Assembly (NCBI GenBank): GCA_020137815.1
Contig: CM035356.1
Span: 1,426,001 to 1,490,000 of the forward strand
Reading direction: 5' to 3'
Length of the DNA: 64,000 nt
DNA from: Hormiphora californensis
Taxonomy: Eukaryota; Animalia; Ctenophora
Shown in pieces: positions 54,581-64,000 of this stretch. The translations under genes were made by a program, and so were the position numbers. Numbering within the stretch: the stretch's first letter is position 1; each line of letters starts with the position of its first letter. The notes beneath the pieces are model-generated. The model was not told the DNA's origin. It made no database searches and worked only from the letters and a program-made list of their open reading frames with translations.

Positions 54581-57500
54581 CCTGACCCGGCCCATGTTGC
54601 CGCCCAATACCCCTGGACGCACAGGTATGCGCTGGGCCAAAGGCCCAGCGACGTATCTGGTGTTTTGAGTGTCAGCACTCCCGGTTTTAGGGTTTATGCG
54701 TACAGTAAAGAGACTCGAGAGGAGAAAAAAGAATTTTCAAACATAGTTGACGGCAAGTTCTTCACGCTTTAAATTCTGATTGAGTTGATATATCACTGCC
54801 CCTTGAGTCTCCCTTTTAAACTCAGTCTGTATATATTCCAGGATGTACGAAACAGATGATGACATGATAACGTATGCAGCGGGGAGAAGCACGGAGTTGA
54901 AGAGTATTCTTACCGACCAATCTTGTCAGTTTGCAACCACGGCATGCATCAAGCTCAATGAGGCCCCTAAACTCCTCCTCAACCCTGCACCTACTAATAG
55001 TGACGTCACAGCTGATTGTATTGTGTTGGCTCCCAACAAGGATAAACTTGCTGCAGAAATACAGAAACGTGAAAAAGAGGAGGGGACGTCCCGTAGTAGA
55101 AAACACAGAAAAGCAGCGGTACTTGCAGAACAGCTTGATCGTTTAGCGCCATTACGAGATGTTATGTCTCGTGCAACTATTAATCGCGGAAGGAAGGTGA
55201 GCACCCACAGTATAGAGTATGTGTGTAGTTAGGTACAGTACAACTCCCTACAACTCCCAAGTCCCATCCTCTATCTTATGATCTTCCTTTATGATAAAAA
55301 ATGAGTTTCGCCACTAAATTATCTGTTCCTCTGATCAAAATCTTTATTTCAGTGCTATACAGGTATCGGTGACGAACTGGAGCTACCGGGTGATCAATTT
55401 GAAGTTATAGTTAACCTCGAAAATCATGAAAACCCGCTGACATTGGGTGAGGCATTAGCAGCTTCGGGGGTCTTGAAAGAGGTTCAGCAGAATCTGGGGG
55501 TTGACTGTCAGAGATTTGATTTGATCGCTGAGAAAAACACTATCAATTTGATGAGCAAGGGAGCGGGTGGGCAGTTCAAGAAGCACAATGAAGATGATAA
55601 TGAAATGATTGGAACTTTGGTTGTTCAGCTGCCCGGTTCTTATTACGAAGGCGGAGCCATGGAAATAGCGTTCGGTCATTTCAAGAAAAAGCTTGTCTTA
55701 GAGGGACACAAATCCGATCAATCGAGGGATAGTTTAACTTGGGAGCTTCCTAACCAGAATGAACTTCATATTTCCGCATTTTTCTCCAACGATGACGAAC
55801 ATCATAGAGTTTTGAGTGTAGATGAGGGAACTCGGCTGACGGTAGAATTTTTCCTGCAGATCAAGGAGAAATTGACCCAATTAGAGCCATCTCCATCAGC
55901 TGGCCTCAGCAGCGCAGTGTTACCAAAACGTCTAAACTCATCTGGGCGGGAAAGTTCACTAGCTGCAAAGTTTGTTGAGCTCTGCAATGACGCGGCTTTT
56001 ATACCAGAGGACCTGCAAGACCCAATCTCCTTTGCATTTCCTTGCTATCACCTTTATACCAACAAAGACATCTTCCCAAATAGTAAAGCCGAGGATCCGC
56101 TAAACTGGGCACAGGCGGCGCAACTCAAGGGTCAAGATGCTATCCTGGTTAAGGCGGTGTTGACCGCCGCTGAGAAGACGGGCGGCTGTGTCAAGGTCTA
56201 CCTGCAGCCAGTTCTCGAGTGCCATTATATCCTGACCCGGCCCATGTTGCCGCCCAATACCCCTGGACGCACAGGTATGCGCTGGGCCAAAGGCCCAGCG
56301 ACGTATCTGGTGTTTTGAGTGTCAGCACTCCCGGTTTTAGGGTTTATGCGTACAGTAAAGAGACTCGAGAGGAGAAAAAAGAATTTTCAAACATAGTTGA
56401 CGGCAAGTTCTTCACGCTTTAAATTCTGATTGAGTTGATATATCACTGCCCCTTGAGTCTCCCTTTTAAACTCAGTCTGTATATATTCCAGGATGTACGA
56501 AACAGATGATGACATGATAACGTATGCAGCGGGGAGAAGCACGGAGTTGAAGAGTATTCTTACCGACCAATCTTGTCAGTTTGCAACCACGGCATGCATC
56601 AAGCTCAATGAGGCCCCTAAACTCCTCCTCAACCCTGCACCTACTAATAGTGACGTCACAGCTGATTGTATTGTGTTGGCTCCCAACAAGGATAAACTTG
56701 CTGCAGAAATACAGAAACGTGAAAAAGAGGAGGGGACGTCCCGTAGTAGAAAACACAGAAAAGCAGCGGTACTTGCAGAACAGCTTGATCGTTTAGCGCC
56801 ATTACGAGATGTTATGTCTCGTGCAACTATTAATCGCGGAAGGAAGGTGAGCACCCACAGTATAGAGTATGTGTGTAGTTAGGTACAGTACAACTCCCTA
56901 CAACTCCCAAGTCCCATCCTCTATCTTATGATCTTCCTTTATGATAAAAATGAGTTTCGCCACTAAATTATCTGTTCCTCTGATCAAAATCTTTATTTCA
57001 GTGCTATACAGGTATCGGTGACGAACTGGAGCTACCGGGTGATCAATTTGAAGTTATAGTTAACCTCGAAAATCATGAAAACCCGCTGACATTGGGTGAG
57101 GCATTAGCAGCTTCGGGGGTCTTGAAAGAGGTTCAGCAGAATCTGGGGGTTGACTGTCAGAGATTTGATTTGATCGCTGAGAAAAACACTATCAATTTGA
57201 TGAGCAAGGGAGCGGGTGGGCAGTTCAAGAAGCACAATGAAGATGATAATGAAATGATTGGAACTTTGGTTGTTCAGCTGCCCGGTTCTTATTACGAAGG
57301 CGGAGCCATGGAAATAGCGTTCGGTCATTTCAAGAAAAAGCTTGTCTTAGAGGGACACAAATCCGATCAATCGAGGGATAGTTTAACTTGGGAGCTTCCT
57401 AACCAGAATGAACTTCATATTTCCGCATTTTTCTCCAACGATGACGAACATCATAGAGTTTTGAGTGTAGATGAGGGAACTCGGCTGACGGTAGAATTTT

Positions 57501-57849
57501 TCCTGCAGATCAAGGAGAAATTGACCCAATTAGAGCCATCTCCATCAGCTGGCCTCAGCAGCGCAGTGTTACCAAAACGTCTAAACTCATCTGGGCGGGA
57601 AAGTTCACTAGCTGCAAAGTTTGTTGAGCTCTGTCACGACCCAATCTCCTTTGCATTTCCTTGCTATCACCTTTATACCAACAAAGACATCTTCCCAAAT
57701 AGTAAAGCCGAGGATCCGCTAAACTGGGCACAGGCGGCGCAACTCAAGGGTCAAGATGCTATCCTGGTTAAGGCGGTGTTGACCGCCGCTGAGAAGACGG
57801 GCGGCTGTGTCAAGGTCTACCTGCAGCCAGTTCTCGAGTGCCATTATAT
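54581..57849 (+). repeat. Tandem segmental duplication, period 1,650 bp (54581-56230 and 56231-57849)
   Basis: The copies are identical on inspection apart from a 1-bp poly-A difference and a 30-bp in-frame indel (55985-56018 vs 57634-57637). Confidence 0.95.
54843..56318 (+). CDS. Truncated/chimeric copy of a 2OG-Fe(II) oxygenase-like gene
   Basis: Exons 54843-55196 and 55353-56318. After ...ECHYI the frame runs into the duplicated upstream sequence and adds LTRPMLPP...YLVF*. Confidence 0.6.
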
Positions 57850-58351
57850 TTCGTATCATGATGGGTATGGTGGATATTATAGAAGTTATGATCCTACGAT
57901 GGAGACGTCTGCAGGAGAAAAATATCTTGCGGAAAAGTTTCCCGGTCGCTGCACAAGTGAAAGAATGGAGGAAGATAGTGGAGACATTGAGGCTGAGTTT
58001 GGCGTAGGCGAAAAATTTAATGAGGATGATGATCACGATGAGCTTATTTGGGTCTTGGATCAGGAATTGGGTCATAAGCCTTCCGGTTTAGGGGAAACTG
58101 ATATTGAAGGAATTGATGGTAAAAGTGTACTCAAATTCTATGTCAGCACTTTTCTGTGGGTTAAGTTTGAAGCTTTCGAGGAACGTGAGGATATGATTCA
58201 AGAAGCAGTCGACCAGCTAAAGAAAAAGAACCGTGAAGCTGGCCAAAAGAGGAAAGGAGACATATCTGACACTACTATAAATATGAAAGTATCCAAGCAA
58301 GGGTTTTATGATTCCAGGTATTACGTTGCAAATCGCGGTACAAGTCCCTAA
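56493..58351 (+). CDS. 2OG-Fe(II) dioxygenase-like protein (~567 aa), complete copy
   Basis: Exons 56493-56846 and 57002-58351 (phase 0). DSBH-type motifs GGQFKKHNED, MIGTLVVQLP.SYYEGG.M.I and SAFFS..EHHRVLSV..GTRLTV.F resemble the GxFxxHxD...FGTLV..LP....GG...AF.SD..HEV..V..G.R..L.Y family. Confidence 0.72.
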
Positions 58352-58689
58352 TCTGTGTAGGATGCAAAGCGTAAATGAATTCTGGTGAAACGAAGTTGTA
58401 CCTTGTGGTCAAAATAGTGAGACTATCTTTTTTTAAATTAATCTTTTTAACATTAATATTTTCTACATATTTTATACTTTTAATCGTTCAACAATTATTT
58501 GGTTACTGAACCAATTTTTATTCAATTAAGTTATAATGTAATCTATTTTTATCCAATATCCTACTTTTATTCATTAAATAATAAAACCTTGTTTACATGC
58601 AGTGTACCGATGAAAAGTAATTAATTAATTAATTAACATCCTTGACCCAATAAAAACTCCTCTTTCTTCCCTGTAGCAGTAGTGTTGAA

Positions 58690-60841
58690 ATGAAGGACGA
58701 GATCGCAACTGCGTCAGCTATATCGGACCCGGAGGAGCCCGATTCCAAACGTCTGAGGGTTTCTGCTGCAGATAAGGGCCTTTTGGAAAGTCTGCCATCA
58801 GCAAAGAGTTATGAAATGTCGTATATGCACCGGGATATTGTTCAACACATTGTAACCTCTCACACAAACTTTGTACTGACAGCCTCTGTGGACGGTCACA
58901 TCAAGTTTTGGAAGAAATCGGAGGAGGGGATTGAGTTTGTTAAGCATTTCCGGGCTCACCTCTCATCTGTTGTGGGTCTCACCATGTCGTATGATGGTCT
59001 CTACGCTGCTTCTGTTTCAACCGACAAAGCCCTGAAGGTGTTTGATGTTAAAAACTTTGATATGGTAACCATGATGTCTCTTGGTTACGTTCCCGGAGCA
59101 GTGTGTTTTATTTGGAGTGGTGATAAGAAGCAACACCTTCTGGCAGCTTCTAAAGGAAGTGAAATATTGGTATACGATTACCTGTCAGGAGAGTCAGTTG
59201 GCACAATCACTGCACACATGTCGAAAGTGAAGCTCATTCAATATTGTCACACACATCACACCGGGGTGAGTGTTGACGAACAGGGAATCATCGAGTACTG
59301 GTCAACCAACTCCTTAAAGTTTGAGGAGAAATCACCGACTGGGAAATCTTTTTTTAAATACAAAACAGACACAGATCTGTTTACGTTCCTGCAGCACAAA
59401 TGTTCAATCCTCTCTCTCACTCTCTCCCCTGACGGCCGATATTTCGCCACGTTTTCCTCTGACCGGAAGATCCGTGTGTTTAACTTCATGACAGCCAAGT
59501 TGTTCCGTGTATATGATGAGTCCCTGACTGTTGCAACACAACTCCAGCAGGAGGAACAGCTGGTTCAGTCCATTGATTTCGGGAGGAAGTTAGCCATTGA
59601 ACGGGAATTAGAGAAAAGTGAACACTTCCAATCCTCGGGGGTGATATTTGATGATTCCTCTTCAATTGTTATCTATCCCACAGTGCTGGGTATCAAGTTT
59701 ATCAACCTTCAGCTGAACAAGTGTGTCAGGATGATCGGAGTTCAGGAAAATGTGAGGTGAGTAAACAATGGGTGGTTTAGTACTGAGTTTGTGAACGGTA
59801 CTATAGTCAAACCCCGATTTACCGGTCCCTGGCCGAAACCTTTTCACCCGAGCATCCCGGTAAATCGGCGTTCGACTATATTGTATGGTTGCCCAAATAA
59901 CATGCTTGATGCTTGTTAGTTTTCTTATCATTTTCTTATTGGTATAACTGATTAGAATATGGGGGAGGAACTAAAAAAGCAATACAGAGAGAAATTAGAG
60001 AAAGATAGAATGTACTGATAAGAAAACAGGTCATTCACAAAAATTCTCTTTCTTTCATCTCTGTATGTGAGATATAACAATTCTAGAACATTTTTCAACA
60101 ACTGCTCTTCTTTTCAGGTTCCTTGGTCTCACCTTATCCAGCCCCGTTACAAAGAAACAAAACCTCCAACTCTCAGTGGTGAATCCGAACATTAAAACGG
60201 AACTGGAAGATCCTACTATATTCTGCACAGCATACAAAAAGAACCGATTCTATCTGTTCACCAACCGGGAGGCCGACCAGACCAACTTGGAGAGTGATCG
60301 AGATATCCTAAACGAACGGCCGACTCGAGAGGACATCCTGGCCGCTCAGACAGAAGAGAAAGCCAAGCTAGCACAAAGTACCATTCTACATACCAACATG
60401 GGCGATGTCCACCTCAGGTTGTTTAGCTCGGAGTGCCCCCGTACCGTGGAGAACTTCACAACTCACGCCCGGAATTCATACTACAATGGGGTCATCTTTC
60501 ACCGGGTTATCAAGCAGTTCATGGTCCAAACTGGAGACCCGCTGGGAGATGGTACCGGAGGTGAGAGTATCTGGGGATCTGATTTTGAGGATGAGTTCCA
60601 CAAAAACCTGAAACATGATCGGTCCTACACGGTATCTATGGCGAACAGAGGTGCCAATACGAACGGTAGCCAGTTTTTCATAACCCTCATTCCCACACCC
60701 TGGTTAGATAACAAACACACCGTGTTTGGGAGGGTAGTGAAGGGTATGGATGTTATTGAGAAGATCGGGCAGGTGAAGACACATCCTAAAACTGATGTAC
60801 CTTACGATCCAATTAAGATTCTTAGTGTGACTGTGAAATAG
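58690..60841 (+). CDS. PPWD1: Peptidylprolyl isomerase domain and WD repeat-containing protein 1
   Basis: Exons 58690-59756 and 60118-60841. WD40 part LPSA..YE.SYMHRD...TASVDGHIKFWKK..EGIEFVKHFR.H; cyclophilin part FHRVIKQFMVQTGDPLGDGTGGESIWG..FEDEF and NTNGSQFFIT..PTPWLDNKHTVFGRV. Confidence 0.97.
59804..59878. mobile_element. Tc1/mariner-pogo-type mini-MITE in the PPWD1 intron
   Basis: TA|tagtcaaaccccgatttaccgg ... ccggtaaatcggcgttcgacta|TA. Confidence 0.7.
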
Positions 60842-61415
60842 TGGAATTGAGAAAGTTTGACAAAAGGCAAAACATGAATGATGGTTATACATTTTATATG
60901 TCAGATAATAATAATATTATTTTATCCTTTGACTCGTTGTATTTTATTGACCCGATATTACATCCCCCCCCCCCCCCCCAGATCATTTCCCCCAAACCTT
61001 GTCCAACACTAACGAGTTTCCCTCTCTCCAGTAGTGTTTAGGTAGTGCTCTAGCTCCATGGGTAACTGCTGTCCCCGTAGCTCCACAGAGGTGAATACGA
61101 TAGGAAATAAATGAAATTGAATCTTGAGACTTGGTATACATGAATTTAATTTCGTTATCAGTGAATGTTTGTATATGAAACGTCAATAACACCCATTCTT
61201 CTCAGGACGGGAATACAGGTTCTGAAACTGATCCTCTCCTTGGACATCAGGACGGCAACAGGTTAGTAACGCGCCCTCGCATTCTCCTGAGTTGTTAGCA
61301 TTCCAAATAGTTGGCGCTTTGTGCGCGCCCCCGCTGATTTTATCACGGGATGTGGGAAATGTTTTCATAGTTGACATTATTTCTGTTTGTCTGATAATGG
61401 CACAAATATGTGTCG

Positions 61416-61555
<140 letters not shown>

Positions 61556-64000
61556 CCTCTATCTCTCTTGCCCTTGCAGAGTGCCAGTAACGATTGATGG
61601 AGGTTATACACAGGACACGAACAGCAATAGAGCCCAACAGAGTCGCTTTAACGATATTGTGCAACAGACCGCCCAGTGAGTCAACAAGATTCTTGTTTTT
61701 GCTTTTTGATCAACCCAGTATCTTTGTTCGAAACGGGTGGCGAGGCTAAACAAGTTCGAATTTAACTGTTAACCTAGCTTGGCGTTGACTTTACAAGGTT
61801 GTGCAAGCACATTCATTTACGCGTTTTTTGATTTAACAATGAATCAGCATGACTATCGCAGATCGTTTACCAGGAAGTTTATTAATAACAAGTGATTGAT
61901 AAGGTTTGAAACAAGTGCCAAATCTAAATTCTGTTCATTAAGGCATCTATTGAAACCTATCATCTTCAATTTTGGAACAAGTTTGACTGAATCTCTTTCT
62001 CTTTCCTTTTTACCCACTCCACCATCCCCCTCCAGGAACCTGCCAGTGACTCTCCCTCAGGATCTTCTCAAAACTAATGCCACGGAGATAAGTGACCGGG
62101 TGAACTAACAAGAGATTTTCTGTCAAGTATTTGCATGGACGCAGATAGTTTCTCGGTAAGGAACAAGCAGTCGCTCATTGGCAGTTTACTGCACTTTACT
62201 AACTCCTATTTTGGGTAAACGAATGGACGAAATACGTAGACGACCCCCCCACCGTGACACAATTGGACCGCTTTGTCTGTAAGTGACATGCCCTAGACGC
62301 AACGTAGTTTATACGGGGTCGTCATCCATATGGATAAGTCTTGTCGGAAACTTCAACAAAGCACCACGTATTGCAAAATATTCGTACGAGGACAGAGCTT
62401 TGAGCTTACAGACTTTCTGAGATATCCTATTTTTGCTAAGGTTGCCAGGTGTTATGATAATAGCCCCTCGCTCATCACAGAAAACTATCGTTGGATCTTT
62501 TGTTGGTATTGCAGCCAATCGAACGTTTATTAAGGGGTTCAGTATCAAATTGGATGAAAAGCTTGTCGAAGACTTCAACAACACACCAAACCAATGATGA
62601 AAAAAACGAGAGACAGAGACTTTCGAGTTACATGATTTTTGAGTTTGATGTTAATTTTCTTCAAAGGTGCTGGGTTGTTGTTATTGTGGGAAGGATGATG
62701 AGAGAGAATTGTATAAGAAGAAAGACTGTTTTTCGTGCGAGCATCTTTGATTTTGTGTATCTGTGTGAGAGTGTGTGTTTTTTGTACTGTGTATCAAGTG
62801 TTATGTATACGGGAAATAATTGCGTTTTACCATGTTGAAAATCTCGCTGTTTTGAAATGTGTATGGGGCAAGTGGCAACACGGTGTCTGTCCCCAATTTG
62901 TTTGTTCGTTTTCTACCTCTCCGGTGTCTGTGTTCTAAAACTGGCAAGTGTATTATAGCACACTCGCTTGTCCATGTCTAATTTTATCTCATTTGACTTC
63001 GTTAAAGTACTTCTTGATGTCAGTAGGCCTTTTAGATTGTCTAACTCTGTGAAGTGTTAGTATACTTTCCGTGATATCTGTATGTAGTGTATTTATATGT
63101 GTAGTCTATAGCTGCATCGTCGGGTCTGGTTTGTCTTATTACTGCTGGACGTGTAACGGCCCCTCCATAGTACATATTAGGAGGGGCACGACGTGCCCAA
63201 AGCACTGCACTGGTCTCCCGAACTATTTGAATTGCAGCTGCAGTTGCCAGCTAATAGCTATCTGCTAAAGGGTGCTGCATCTGTCAGCGCGATGTCTGAC
63301 CACTCTTCACGAGAAAGGGTTAGTGCAATGCCTGACAGGGCAGCAGTGATGCAATACCCTCTTATCCCTCTGAAATTTTGCAACAACCTCTTAGTTTCTT
63401 CTTTTTGGGGGGGGGGGGGGGAGAGCATTCCCGTAAACAATCTTTGATACTGAGATTCTTCTTGCAAGATTTTGTTGCAAGATTTGTACGTTTTGTAAGT
63501 GCAGAAGAGTAAAACCAGCTCTTCTCTTGCTACAGCTGCAATATATTAATTTATAAATGAATATGTAAAGATGCCCCTCCCTTTTATGTATCATATTAAT
63601 GTTCGGGCTGCACCAATTGTTGTTAGAAATATACTCTCAACTTGAAACCCGGGGTTCGCTCTTTTAAAAATCAAGACGACAGTGTTCCGATTGCACTTCC
63701 GATATCGCCATACGGTGAATTTTACCTGAAATTTAGCAGTATTAGATATTTTGACGCAACAATTAGGCCTATTATAGCTGTTTTGTTTGGCTGCTCCTTG
63801 GTGACGTGTTCTTTGTCTTTTATGCGCTAAATAATAAACAATAGCAACTTCAGAGAGAGGACTCATTGTCATTAACAATGTGTTAACACCCCACTCTAGT
63901 TATTGATCTTGTTAATACTGCACATACCATTCTGAAAAGCAAATACGAGTGGTCCGTGTTTATCCACCGCCACTTTTATTGTATCCCCGGTCTTGTTCCG

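Overview
Eukaryotic (animal) nuclear DNA with GT-AG introns and abundant (CT/AG)n microsatellites. The compact gene packing and repeat landscape suggest a marine invertebrate such as a ctenophore; this is inference only. Genes sit in three co-oriented clusters. (+) cluster: CNOT7/CAF1 3' end, TANGO6, MRPS2, ZIP9/SLC39A9, C/EBP (216-16839). (-) cluster: BTB protein, NCS-1, MFAP1, GPATCH11, FOXRED1 (51111 down to 37491). Second (+) cluster: a tandemly duplicated 2OG-Fe(II) oxygenase-like gene, then PPWD1 (54843-60841). A ~20.6 kb region with no recognisable gene separates the first two clusters. Most genes have a splice-acceptor-like site 1-34 nt before the ATG and lie 119-914 bp from the upstream stop, which suggests operon-like units resolved by spliced-leader trans-splicing. 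There are many non-autonomous DNA transposons with readable ends. These include a head-to-tail Helitron pair, a Helentron-like element, two TTAA Kolobok-like foldbacks, an 8-bp-TSD element inserted in a hairpin, nested MITEs, and a 1,954-bp piggyBac that splits the BTB gene at a TTAA whose removal restores the reading frame. All exon coordinates were derived by hand.
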